From: the human T2T-CHM13v2.0 reference genome, Homo sapiens
NCBI RefSeq assembly: GCF_009914755.1
Contig: NC_060947.1
Reading direction: 5' to 3' (one strand)
DNA length: 64,000 nucleotides
The notes under the pieces are model-generated. The model had not been told where the DNA came from and searched no databases. It saw only the letters and a program-made list of their open reading frames with translations. Every line of letters starts with the position of its first letter. Position 1 is the stretch's first letter. The position numbers and the translations under genes are program-made. Of this stretch, positions 28,027 to 41,164 are shown piece after piece.

Positions 28027-28149
28027 ACTGAGAGATCTACATTTCCTTGTAATAATTAATAGGTGTGGAAATTGAGTATTGAAAGAACTGAGAGATCTAT
28101 ATTTCCTTGTAATAATTAATAGGTGTGGAAATTGAGTATTGAAAGAACT
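28027..28149. repeat. 60-bp tandem duplication (2 copies)
   Basis: ACTGAGAGATCTA(C/T)ATTTCCTTGTAATAATTAATAGGTGTGGAAATTGAGTATTGAAAGA twice, one mismatch. Confidence 0.95.
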
Positions 28150-29654
28150 TTATGTCTTTAAACAATTTTGCGTAAGAAACAGAGAGAAAAACAGACAGAT
28201 ATCTTGGAAGATCCAAGAGCTAGTACTGGGTCTTTAGAAGAAAAGAAGTAAGATCAGGAGTACCAGCCACTTAAAGAAGGAGCTAGTAAAAGAAAACCCA
28301 GCAACTAGAGTTAAACAAAAGACACTTGGGGTAGAAGAAATGTATCTGATGGGGATTTTAAAGTGAAATTTTATGTTCAGCTGATATAAACTGCTCTCCT
28401 CTAATTCTTTAACCAAATGTTCTGTAAATTGTTTATTTCTTTATCTGGGAGGAAAATAAAAATAAGTGCTATGGCTTGTTCCAAGACACAGGTATGAGAT
28501 GACACAAAGGGCTGCCTACACAGATCGTTACAGACATAAATAGAATGAAAGAATCTAATAGTTGGGAGTCATTATGTAGTCTAACCTCCCACCTAATATG
28601 GAAGTAAATCCATCAGACTCTTCAAAAATTGCCCCTATATGAGTATGTCAATTGATGACAGGCACACATCACTAGGAAGTCCATCAGTTTTTTTTTAGAC
28701 AGCTCTTTTTTATCTCTGTTCAAGTATTCTTTGTAACTGATCTGAAATCTTCTTGTCTATCACTTGCTTAATGTTATTTAAGTAATATGTATGCAAAAAA
28801 GAAAATAATGCCTTTTAAAATCAGGCCCTTTACTGGATCTTTAGAAAAACAGAGACCCTCAACATTCCTTTATTCGTGTGACATTTTGTCAGGTTAATGA
28901 AAACAGCTATATGCCTAGCAATACCGGACACTCAAATATTTGTTGAATAATTAAAGAATGAGCTATTATGATATCATGCCCTCTTGTCTTCTATAAGAAG
29001 TTAATCATCCCTCTCTTTAGGGATCATTTTGATGTGTTTTGCAAACAACAATGACAATAAACACATAGTCTCATAATATCAGAAAAAATTATATGTGCTA
29101 GAGCCACCTTTAAAGGAAAGTAAATCAAGTCAGAGCACAAGTAGGTTTTGTATAAAGTCACAATGGCAGATAAGCACTTGTGTGCGGAACAGATATTATC
29201 AGTTATTGCACTTGTCCATTTAAATGTCTACTTGAAATGTCTGATGGGACATGGCACATAGACCAAAATATCAAGCCAGGGAAAAGTTATTCCCTTGGCA
29301 CATTTTGGCAGATGGAAAGGAATAAAGATATTCAATAATGATATCAACCTTTCTCAGTTTCCTGGATGAACTCCCCAAAAAACCCTAAGCTGCATTTCTC
29401 TCTCCAGCCTTGGTTTTAAGCACCACTCTTTTCCTTGAAATATGTTAGCATTTGGATTTAACAACTACCCATTCTCACAGGACCAAATCCATGTGTAATC
29501 ATGTATTATAAAACTTAGTCCCTACTTATTCATACACGGAGCTATAATTGAAAAAAGTAATTATAGAGATACAGGAAGAACAGGAAAGGAGAGGACAGGA
29601 GGGTCTCTAAGAATGCGATATGAATATTGATACCTTTCTTCGGCAGTAACTCAC

Positions 29655-29705
29655 CACAGGCATAAAGAAGTTTAGTCCGTGACACTATCAAAATATTATT
29701 GTTAA
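29655..29705 (-). pseudogene. Small 51-nt pseudo-exon
   Basis: Acceptor tgtttgcctcag|, strong donor GTG|gtgagt; open in phase 1-1 (NNNILIVSRTKLLYAC). Confidence 0.5.
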
Positions 29706-30059
29706 CTGAGGCAAACAACATACTAAAAATGGATTAGGCACACTTAGGGGATGGGAGTGCTTGTTTAAATTCTTGAACAGTTAAGTGCCTTTATCATTTT
29801 GGTCAGACAAAACCCTGCAAAGTCCTTGTATTGGGGAAAAATATCTTATACTGCAGAATAAATCTCAGTATAACAAAGGGGAATTTCATCAAGGGTTTTG
29901 AAGACAACCGAGAGGAGAAAACTGTGGGGCTCATCAGATTACTGATGTAAAAGAGTAAAGGGAACTTCATCAGAAACACGACTCAGCATTTGGCATTCTA
30001 GAGAAAATATCTTTATCCTTCCACCTGCAAAGAGGTGGAAGTCATTTAGCTGTTTCTAA

Positions 30060-30238
30060 ATTATTAGTGTGATTAGCCAAATCTGGCCTTTTGTTCCAAA
30101 GAGAAGCTGGCTTTTGCAGTCAGATGTGGGCATGGCAACCATCCATTGGCATCAACAGATTTGCCTGGTAAAAGATTCCAGAAATCATCAGTGTATGTGA
30201 ATGCCAAACATATGAACATGAAACTTGCAGAGAGAACA
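30060..30238 (-). pseudogene. Pseudo-exon, first CUB-like domain after SEA
   Basis: Very strong polypyrimidine acceptor (tcctttccttgtatttcttttcttcacag|). Phase 1 reads FSLQVSCSYVWHSHTLMISGIFYQANLLMPMDGCHAHI; 3' end uncertain. Confidence 0.55.
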
Positions 30239-32579
30239 CTGTGAAGAAAAGAAATACAAGGAAAGGACAGAAAATGAATATAAGCGAGAAGTAATATTAC
30301 AATTGATCGTGTTTTCTCTAGTCCCACTTTTACCTGAAGTAATAGGATACTTCAAGCTTCCTAGTTTTCCTCGTCTCCGGCCTCATCCCACTTCTGACCT
30401 ATCTTCCACATTCTATCCAGATAATTATTTCTATACCAAAAATACATTCTAGATTAAATGTTTGCAATAGTTCACGATTGCCCACAGAACAGAGTTCAAG
30501 TGTGGTAGTGTAGTATGCAAAGTCCCTTAAAAACTGAGCTTAACTGCTCTTTGTTAGCACTTCTGACTACTCTCCTCTTGCCCTCCCCCATCATCAACAT
30601 ATATATCCTGCACTTCAGCCCATAGAACCTTTTCTTCTTTGCAAAATTTTCCATGTGTTTTGTTCACAATTCTATGTCTTTAAAAATCAGGTGCACTAGG
30701 TCTAGAATATCCTTTCCTTTCTCATATGCTAGTAAAGACTAGTTATTGCAGAGTAATAGTGCCTATATGAGTTCTCAGACTTTCATAGCTGAGTTATTTG
30801 ATCTTGCTCTGTGCTAGAGCTCTTACCACATTTCATTGCAAATATCTATGTGTGCATCTAACTTTCCTGTCAGACACTGTGCACCTTAAGGAAAAATGTA
30901 AGTTAATCTTCCATTTTTTTAAATTAACTTTGTTTGGCATGGCTATAGGGCTCAGTAATAATTGTGTGCACTTTTATCAGTAGGATAGTTTTCTCTAGAA
31001 TATTTTCAATGTTTGTTTCTATATGAGATGGTATTAACTCAGGTTGTAAAAGAAATAGTATAAACCTAGAATACCATAGTATTTTTTCAATTGTATTTCA
31101 GCTACGCCTGGTAACTCTGAGGTATCTGTTTAGGCTGTCCTTGAATAAGGAGGCTCTACCTCAGCACACTCACAATATAGTGAGGGCCAATGTCTGATCT
31201 TCACTTCTATTTCTTGAGGATAACATATATAGTCTTAGATGGGTAGAAGAAAGGAGATAATTTGGGAATGGGAGCATGGAAATAGGTTACATTCAATTAC
31301 TGGCATATGGACTTTGAAGACCCAGGTAAAGATCCAAATATGTAGTTAAGGCCACAGGACTTGAGCCTACACAAGCTTTTGAAGCTTGAAACAAAGGAGG
31401 GGAATGTATGCTTTAATTTATAATGCAATTTAATTTCATCATTTCTGTTTTTGACAAACTGGCTCTTATTTAATTACTAGCTAACAAATTACAAGGCAAA
31501 GTTAAGCACACACACATACAAATCTGCTAAATCATAAAGCAGGAAAATATTTAATAATTTGTATCATTCAATAGCCAAATTTGTTTGCATGCTCATATTA
31601 CTGTAGTCAAAACCAAAATCAACACTTTTTTCTGAAAACTATTGTTCTAAATTATTGAATTTATATTAAAGGCACATATAGCCTATCCAGGCCATGTCAC
31701 CACTCACAGCTCTATCCTCCCTATTTTGAGTAATGATGCTTATGGGTATTCAGGGCAAAGGAGGTATGTCAAGAATATGTTTGGAATTATTGCATGAAGA
31801 GAATATTATCAAAACCCACTTAGAATAATGGAGAGATCAATTTCAAAAGCAGAAAGAGAGGGAAGAAATGAGTTCATACGGTACATCTGTATATCTTATA
31901 GAGAAGATCTGTAGAAAAATGGACTAATAATAATGGGCTGGTGAGGAAGACTGAATCATCTGATTCTATTGAATGGTTAAAAAAGAATATATAAAAAATA
32001 GAAACATAAAAACATCTGTGAGGGAGACAAACACGACTATGTTTAAAAGGCTCATGAATTGAGGTTTTGTTTCCTTGTATGCCCCCCAGCCCCCCAAAAA
32101 AGAAACTACAAAATATAATTTTCTTAAAAGCTTCAGAAAGTACAATTTTTAACAAGAACAGAAAACCTTTGTGACTATACAGGCCACAGCTGACACTGAT
32201 CGCGTGTTTTGCAGCCAACCTGTAAGGATGTTAATAAGCTTTTAATACCTATGCTGCCATTTCTGAACACAATAAAAAAAAAGATGATGCTGATTGGTAT
32301 ACAATCAATCAACCCTGCTTGATATGGTTTAGGGAACATGTGTGAGTTTAAAAATCATTTTGTACAACAATCACTGAATCATCAGAGAATACAGAAGTAT
32401 CTACTGTGTTACATGAGAAATAGAATCTGTTTAGGGTTTAAATTAGACATCATACATTATGTGTATGATAGGTTTAGGTTTAGACATAAAAACATATGTT
32501 TAACTAGCTACATCTTTAATATACAAGTATAAAGAAACCATTCATTCATGAACATCTAAGTTAAATTCACAGTATATAC

Positions 32580-32698
32580 TTAGTGCAGCCATGATTCTCT
32601 TTGCTAGATTACTGACATCACAGTAGGTTTCTATGATTCTCTCTTGAATAAAGCAATGATGTGAAAAGCTCCAGGACACAAGCTGCTATTATAGCCTC
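32580..32698 (-). pseudogene. Pseudo-exon, SEA C-terminal part (duplicate copy 1)
   Basis: ctgatttcag|GAGGC...CTAA|gtatat; reads GYNSSLCPGAFHIIALF / ETYCDVSNLAKRIMAAL; 119 nt. Confidence 0.55.
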
Positions 32699-33044
32699 CT
32701 GAAATCAGATTTCCAACTACAAATGGTCCTGACAGATCCTTAAGGCATTATTCTTCTATTGATAACAGGGTAATTGTCACTAAGTTGTCTTCCTTTGTTC
32801 TTAGGCTGAGGTCTTTTCTGGTTCCCTGTTCCTTCCACTTGCATTATACTGATACAGACATTAAATTCATAAACTCATTTATTTTCTCATTCTAATGTTT
32901 AATAAAGGACTAAGACCTATCAGATACTGTGTTTTATACTGGGAATTCAGTGGTGAACACTACAAAACCTAGGCTCTCACGCCCTTCATACTGATGTGGA
33001 GGAGTGTAATAAATGTCAATTACATTGGTTTCCTCAAATGATTC

Positions 33045-33086
33045 TGTGGTCTCAAGGTGGCATTAGAAACACTAGAAGACGTGCTT

Positions 33087-33135
<49 letters not shown>

Positions 33136-33280
33136 CCTGAATTCCACATATAGAGATTCCTTTTCATTAGATTTGAAATAGAATCTGGAAATTTACAGTT
33201 AACAAACAAACGAAACAAACTAAAAATCTCTCCAAGTGTGCTTTGTGGTACACAGTTAGGCTTAGGAAACATTGGTCTAG
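33045..33280. mobile_element. MER5-like hAT MITE containing an A-run/(TA)n microsatellite
   Basis: Ends TTAGGAAACATTGGTCTAG; A-run then (TA)n at about 33087-33132. Confidence 0.55.
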
Positions 33281-34256
33281 TGTAAAGTAACATTTGATTT
33301 TGTAAAAGAGAGCAACAAAACCGTGTATTTATTCTCTTCCATCAGAAATGTTGAGGGCCAGCATAGCTCATATGAGCTCTGTGGGTGGTAATAGTGATAG
33401 AGGAATGAATGACCAGAACATAACCTACTGGAAGTAATGACTTCCTGAAGTTAGAGTTTGAAAGTCACATATGTAACAAACTTAAACATGTATCCCTGAA
33501 CCTAAAAGCTAAAAAGCACCAAAAAATTAATTTAAATTGAAAAATACTAATGAGGTAGTAACATTTTATTTTAGAATTTCTAAATTTAGAACATGTGTAT
33601 TTTAAACAAAAATCAGCTTTTTAAATTTCAGCATTTAATTACATAACATTTTAATAGGAGATAGAAATGTTTAACCTTTAAATTCTGCACATATGTGGTG
33701 TATATGCAGGAATATTTCCACATCTCTCAATCACATGCAGGCTTTAATCCATTTAAGTATTGAATTAAAAAAAATTCCCCACTAACAGATGTATCAGAAG
33801 CCAAAACAACTGGTTAGCTAATTAATACAAAAATGCCTGAAACTAAGAATATGTTCATACTTAAAATAGTAATTACTGGTTTATGCTCATGAGATTGATG
33901 AATATCTATCTACTCTGTGGTGATATAGTTAACCAAGTTAAGACTTCAGGTTCAAAATAACAATTAACCATATGGAGTTATACCTTCTCCACTATGTAAC
34001 ATGAGAAATAGAGTCTGTTTAGAGTTTAAATTAGACATCATACGTAATTTGTAGGTATAAGTAATTTTCCTAAGAATTTTCAAACAATTTGGTTAGCAAC
34101 AAAGAACAAGCAAAACTCAAGAAGAAAAATGTCTAAAATAATCATAAAAAATAAACATATGTTTAATTAGCTACATCTTTAATATAGAGGAGCTGATATA
34201 CAAGTATAAAGAAACCATTTGTTCATGAGCATCTGAGTTAAATTCACAGTATATAC

Positions 34257-34375
34257 TTAGTGCATCCATGATTCTCTTTGTTAGATTATAGACATCACAG
34301 TAATTTTCTGAGATTCTCTTTTGAATGAAGCAATGATGTGCAAAGCTCCAGCAAACAAGCTGTTTTTATAGCCTC
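34257..34375 (-). pseudogene. Pseudo-exon, SEA C-terminal part (duplicate copy 2)
   Basis: ttttgtcatttag|GAGGC...CTAA|gtatat; reads GYKNSLFAGALHIIASF / ENYCDVYNLTKRIMDAL; 119 nt. Confidence 0.55.
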
Positions 34376-34460
34376 CTAAATGACAAAAATGCACAACAAT
34401 AAACACAAGGGGAAGAAAACCACAATGAAGAAGTGATTTTTAACAATTATCTGAAGTTGG

Positions 34461-34775
34461 TGCTATAGACAATGGTTGTGACTCCCCCCCAAAATTCATA
34501 TGTTAAAATCCAATATCCAATGTGAGGTTATTAAGAGCTGGGGCCTATGGGATGTGATTAGGTCATGAGAGTGGAATCTTCATGAATGGGATGAATGACT
34601 TTATAAAAGAGGTCCCAAGAGTTCTTTTGTCCACATCCATTATACGAAGGTACGGCATAGAACTGCCATCTATGAACCAGGAAGTGGGTCTTCACCAGAG
34701 AACAAATCTGCCTGTGCCTCTATCTTGGACTTCCCAGTCACCAAAACTGTGTGCAATACATTTCTGTTATATATA
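34461..34775 (+). mobile_element. MaLR LTR (MLT1A-like)
   Basis: CCCCAAAATTCATATGTT...GTGATTAGGTCATGAG...CTTGGACTTCCCAG...AATACATTTCTGTT. Confidence 0.8.
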
Positions 34776-34779
34776 ATGT

Positions 34780-35062
34780 CAAGAGGCCAGCATGATACGT
34801 TTCTGGAAAAGGTTCTCTTTCTGGCTTGGAGATGATGGCTTTTTTGCTGTGTCTTCACGTGGCTGGCAGAAAGAGAGAGAGAGAGAGAAAGCAGATAAGC
34901 TCCTGTGTCTCTTCTTATAAATCTCATAATGAGAGCCCCCCCCCAGTGACCTTGTCTAAACCTAAGTATCTCTCAAAGGCTCCATCTCCAAGTGCCATCA
35001 CGTTGGGGGTTAGAGCTTCATCTTGTAAATTTGGGTGGGACTAAATTCAGTCCACAGTAACA
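34780..35062 (-). mobile_element. MaLR LTR fragment (MLT1A/MST-like), inverted relative to its neighbour
   Basis: CTGTGTCTTCACGTGGC...GGGGTTAGAGCTTCA...ATTCAGTCCACAGTAACA. Confidence 0.75.
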
Positions 35063-36866
35063 CTTTTAGATGTGAACTTTTCCACACTCTGTTGCAAATT
35101 AAATCAATTTCTTTGGGACGATATTTGGAGCACTCTGTTTATAGCCTCCTCTTCCCAAGAAAAATCCTTGAGCCATGGCTTTGGAGTTGAAAATGGGGAC
35201 AACGTCACACTTATCCCTGAGCGACACTCCCAGTTTAAGACTGGGTGCTCAGTTCCAGGAGAAGACTCAGATCTTCTGCTTGCCTCTCCCAGCATGAAGT
35301 TGCCATCCTGCAAGAGAGGAAAAGGCTAATCAGTGACGCGATATTCTTGGCAGTGTTTCACCCAAGGTAGAGCCTTAGTCTCACAAGCGTGAGCTGGGAA
35401 GAAAAAGGAAGCTCCTATTTCTTAGTTTCACTCACCCAGAATTTAGCAACAGGTAGCTGGGGACTGGATGAGGAATGTCGACATCCTGCCCATGCTTCCT
35501 GGGAGGGTAGTCCCGTGACTAAAAGCTGGAGGCAGAAGAATTCCTCCATTTTTGGCTGCATCAGTCTGGAATGGAGTTTCTGGCTCACTGAGCTCTGACA
35601 GAGGAAAAAGAGAATGGTTCTTAGTTCAATAACCACAGACTCTCACTGTTCTTGAAGAATTTTAATAGATTTTTGGAATAAAGGTTTCTTAATTTGCTAT
35701 ATACATTTAGTACCATTTCCTGAGACTTAAATGTAGACACACACGCACATGCGTGCACACACACGTACATATATAATAAATACAACATATATATAAAATA
35801 TATGTATAATTTTCAACAATTTCACTGGGTCACAGGTCTAAGAAGATTCTCACCTTGTAACACCAGAAGTGGAACAATCCTAGTAGTAATGTATTTAACT
35901 GCTTGAAAAAAAATTAAAATTATTCACTAGAGAAATAAAATTAGTTAAAGAAAACAGAGGTTATTGTTTGGATATTTTCGGCTCATAGCAAATTAATGGG
36001 TGTTCTGCAATTTAGTAGTTCCAGAACATACATTCAAGCTTCTACTCTTTTTTATGATAAACTAAAACCCATCATTTGAAATCTCCAACCATGTAAACAA
36101 CAGTCTCTAGTAGGTTTTTGCTGCTTCATTCTAAAATATGAACAAAGAAATATCACCACACATCTAAGAAAAACATGTACAGAAAGAAAATAAGAAAAAA
36201 CAAAAAGCAAATCAGTCCAGACGAAAGAAACAAAATTAAAAGAATAAAAAAACTATAGTAAGTTTCCAGAGAGTGAATCCAAAAAAAAAAAGGAGGAAGA
36301 AACACACAACTATGGAAAAAGAAAAATGTCTTTGAAATTTAAAATCACCAACAAAATTTTTAATATAAAAACTTGAAATTAAATTTAAATAAATCTCATA
36401 AAAAAGATTAAAAATGTGGAAAAATATAAAATTAGTCTTTGTTTCGTAGTTTTAATATATGATTATTGGGCATTCTATAAAGGGAGAATACAGAATCTAT
36501 GAGTAAAACATATTCAGTAAATAATAGAAGAGACTTTCCCAAAGAGGACACAACTTTTCATATCAAAATACCCAGAACAATAAATGAAAATTGATAACCT
36601 TTCTTTTCTATATAATTGTAAAATTTTATAACAGCAAAGAAAATACAAAAACAAAGTGTTCCTGGGAGCTAGGACTGGAGTTGTTGATAAGCAGTCAGTT
36701 ACGTACAAAAGAATGTGTAGTTCTGACATCAAACTTTTCATCAATTATGCTGAATGCGAGAAACCAATGAAGAAATGCTTCAAACTTTGAGAAGAAAATG
36801 CACGGATGTGAGAAAGTTTTTGCTCCCTAAACTATCAAATGTAAAGGTGAAAATAAAGAACTTTTC

Positions 36867-37192
<326 letters not shown>

Positions 37193-39499
37193 AAGCAGGA
37201 AGGTCTTGAACATGTTCATTTCGCTCATTTCATGTATTTCAAGATGTTTTTTGAGAATATCCTCTAGGAAAAATGCAAAGCCAGGAAGATGAAGACATAG
37301 AATCCAATAAAGCAATAAGGGAAATTTCAGCATTGCAGCCATTTAAGAGTCCTACAGAACAGTCCAGCTGACAGTGTGAGGACAGGGGATCCAGAATGGA
37401 AGATTCTGCATTATGAAAGAAACTGAGAGACTAGATAAAATGATTAAAATGATTGTTAGCTCAGAAAAATTTGAGATGGTAAAATCAATTGTGGCTTATA
37501 AAAAAGAAAAAGCCATTTGAAATAGCTAAAATATTTGAAATGGGTAAAAATATTCTACTATATGCAGTTAGGTGGCTGTGACTTTGAATGTGTAGAGATA
37601 GGAGTGTGGTCTTAAGCATACTACTGTTGGTTAGTAGAACCGACATAGCTATTTTTAACTAAAAATTTGGAACAAATTGCTGTTTTTCTGGGTGAGCTAC
37701 ACAAAAAAATAGTCGGCTTGTGTTGCAAGGGCGTTTTGTATGAATACGTGTTCTTAAACTTTGTAATCTCATTAGGAGGACTTTAGGAATCGATATATCA
37801 TGTTTCATTTATTGGCTACATTCATTAAATGAAGTGACAGGCACTACTTAAGTTGCTGTTTTTTTCTCTTCTTTTTTATTTTTATTTGCTGAATTTGTAT
37901 AATTGAATTCGTATAAAATAAATGGAGAAAGGTGCAAACTCTCTGTCATCCTTCCTTTGGACCTTTCACTGGAAACTGTGCAGACCTTATCATTCGATAT
38001 TAAAACGATACGCAATATAACTTAGGTTAAAAGCATGGTGGAGAATGATGGATTAATGAATGACAAGGAGATGAAAGAGGCATAGATGCAATTATGAACA
38101 AATAAAAATATCTTGTAATATATTAACAAAATGTTAGATAGCTGCTTAGATACAGATAGGGAGCTTTAGGTATAGAAATGGATAGATGAATAGTTGGGAT
38201 GATGAGTGAAAAACCTGACAGACAGGCTTGTAGAAGTGAAAGTAGGTAATAAAAGGATGATGACGAGAAAGAAACTGATGGAGCGATGGTCAAAAAGAGT
38301 GAGAAATGGATAAGGATATAAACACATGGGAGATATTTATGCATTCATTTAATGAATATGTATTGGGCAACTATTAAAGGCCAGTCACTCACTGTACTAG
38401 GATTGGAGACACAATGTGAGCACAAAGAGATATATGTCCTCTGCCCTCATGGAGCTTGAAATTAGATGTGTTATTTGTGGGGCGTGTTAGGTGCTACAAG
38501 TCATTTTTTTATATGTAAGGAGTCAGAAAGGGATAGTGATGCAAGTTTTGCAATGGTTTTAAGTACAACTTCAAAATAAAGAGAAGACATTATATGATAC
38601 TAGACAAATAGATAAAGAGTTGATGAAGATGGACACTTGCAGGGCAGCTAGGTCAATAAATAAATGCACAGATGAAAAGAGGGATGGTTGATAAAGAGAT
38701 AAAAAATGGTAACTATAAATAATTAATGTTAATGAATGCAAATATGAAATAATGCAGAGGTAAACGGATTCATGATAAAATGGTAATATATAAAGACACA
38801 AGTGTGAAGAAATCAACAGTTCCTTCAGAAGGAAGTTTCAAATCTACCCTCCATATTTGTATTGTTTATATATTATTGCATCTCTTTAATTCAGGGAAAT
38901 AAGGACACGGGAAGAAAATGTCTACCCAGATGAAGTACGATTAATATTTTTAAATAGAAAAGAAATCAATGCAAACAAAGCCTTTAATCTGAGGAACAGT
39001 TTTGGCTGTAGAAAATTATTGCAGATTCACACACAATATATTTTAATCCGTTTCAAAAGCTGAATCTTATAGTAATTATGTACCAAAGTAATTGGCTTGT
39101 AAAAGCTCCTTAAGCTTTCAGAGTCCCATAAATATGATAGTTGTTCCCTATTTTTAGCCGTCAGTAATGGTTGCTTAGCAGCACTGGAAACTCTTGTCAG
39201 AAACCACCATCACATTGTAGATGGCACTGGAAACACTACTCTGCTTACAAACTCTCACCCAGTATGTAAGCCAATCAACTAGAGCTGCCAAGGGATAAAT
39301 TTCACAAAACACCCAAAGAAAGAAACCTACCCTGCCAAGGAGGGAGATAAGTGCAACATGAAACAAACAAAGACTTGGAAGTTCTTTATTTTTGTTCAGA
39401 TGTCTTCTAATTACACAACGATGAAAAAACAAGGTTGAAATTTCGGTGTAAATTAGATGAGTATTGACAAGTTTCCAAATAAACTGAAAAATGCCTTAC

Positions 39500-39641
39500 A
39501 TCTGTAGGGTGCCTTGTTTTATCTACTTCATCAGAGTTGGCATTAATTCATTTATTACACACTTCATATACATTACAGCAGAAGCCTTATTATCTAATTG
39601 TGACCAATACTTAGTTGATTAATCGAAAACATTGGCTGAAG
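39500..39641 (-). pseudogene. Pseudo-exon, SEA N-terminal part
   Basis: Acceptor gattttcag|, donor GAT|gtaagg. Reads SANVFD*STKYWSQLDNKASAVMYMKCVINELM (SEA pattern Y..xLxxxxS..Y). Confidence 0.55.
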
Positions 39642-40300
39642 CTGAAAATCATTTACAAATTACATATACTTATCTTAGATAACGTATGTATTTTACATAA
39701 TATAAACAAACATTTATGTTTCTCTGTGTTGGCCTCATTTTTCTTTCTCATGGCCTTTTAAATGTGCGTGGGTCCTTTGACTAAGCTTATCATTGTAAAC
39801 CACATGATAAGGCATCATCTCTAATATTAAGTTTCACCTTCTATGAAATGTAGCAGAAACTTGAGGACACCCCTTAAGCAGAATGCTTCTAGATTTTTGT
39901 TTTATTTTTTCTAAACTCTCTCCCATATCTAATTCTATAAAAAAAATTAAAAATAGTAAAAATTTTTTAATTAACAAATTTCCTTTATCAAATCTTTTCC
40001 AATAGTTTGAGGTTTCATAAAAAGAATACTTCTCATTTTAAACTTATATTTAATTAGTTTCTATAATTTTCAATCAAATCAAGTTATTATAATAATTTGT
40101 ACATTTGGCATAAAGTGATTTGGAAATGAACATAAAGGCTGTTGGTGAGCATACAACTCAACAGGTGGAAGCAGATGTATACAAGTGGGTAGGCAATTAG
40201 CTGTGAGTTTTCAGTATGCCTTAGAGCATTCATCACTATATTTTACAGAAGTAATAGAGTGCATTATTAATCTAGCAAGAGGCTAGATAAGAGTGTTTTG

Positions 40301-40577
40301 GGCCTGGTGCGGTGGCTCGTGCCTGTAATCCCAGAACTTTGGGAGGCTGAGGCGGGCGGATCACAAAGTCAGGAGTTTGAGACCAGCCTGGCCAACATGG
40401 TGAAACCCCGTCTCTACTAAAGATACAAAAGTTAGCCAGGTGTGGTGGCACACATCTGTAATCCCAGCTACTTGGGAGGCTGAAGCAGGAGAATCGCTTG
40501 GAGGCGGAGGTTTCAGTGAGCCAAGATCGCACCATTGCACTCCAGCCAGGGTACAGGGCGAGACTCTGTCTCAAAAG
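40301..40577 (+). mobile_element. AluS (Sg-like) with very short tail
   Basis: Alu dimer; TSD AAGAGTGT(T/C)TTG. Confidence 0.93.
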
Positions 40578-41164
40578 AGTGTCTTGACATTCTGTTCCAG
40601 CCATTGTGCCAAGCTTTGAGCACATCAACTTGTAAGTCTCTGTCCTCAAGGAACTAACTACATTAAAACTAAATTTCAAAAACGTTTTCTTTGTACAGTT
40701 GAGGTGAGTCTTTATTCCATCTCTTACTCAAGCTGTGGCATTTTCCAGTAATTTCCTCTCTCAGGGGTTCTCTCTGTCTACATAGTGAAACTTTATTACA
40801 GATATCTCGAAAGTCCCTTGCTACTTTCTTGTTCTAATAATTAGTTTTTGCAGTTTTGGAGTTGGTACGCATGTTCTTGCTTAGGATATACAAAGACAAT
40901 GATTAAACCATGGACCTTCATATTTTGATATTTCTGATTAAGATTTAATAATGCCCTTAGAATTATATTCTAGGTTTGGGAATATAATAAATAAGTTACA
41001 CATGACTGATGGCAGTCTGATATAATGGTAGGACTAATGAATTAGGAGTTACAAGGCTAGGGTTTGAATGGCAGCTCTAAGAATTTATAGCTTTTTGTTC
41101 ATGGGACAAACCCATTGACCTCTTGAGATTTCAGTTTATTCCTCATAAGATAGGATAACCATAT

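Noticed and set aside
28027-28149. Direct repeats as a CRISPR-like array
   Set aside because: Two adjacent copies without spacers, in primate DNA; a simple tandem duplication
38030-38816. Hydrophobic minus-strand ORFs that look like membrane proteins
   Set aside because: They arise from degenerate purine-rich (GATA/GGAT-like) low-complexity sequence
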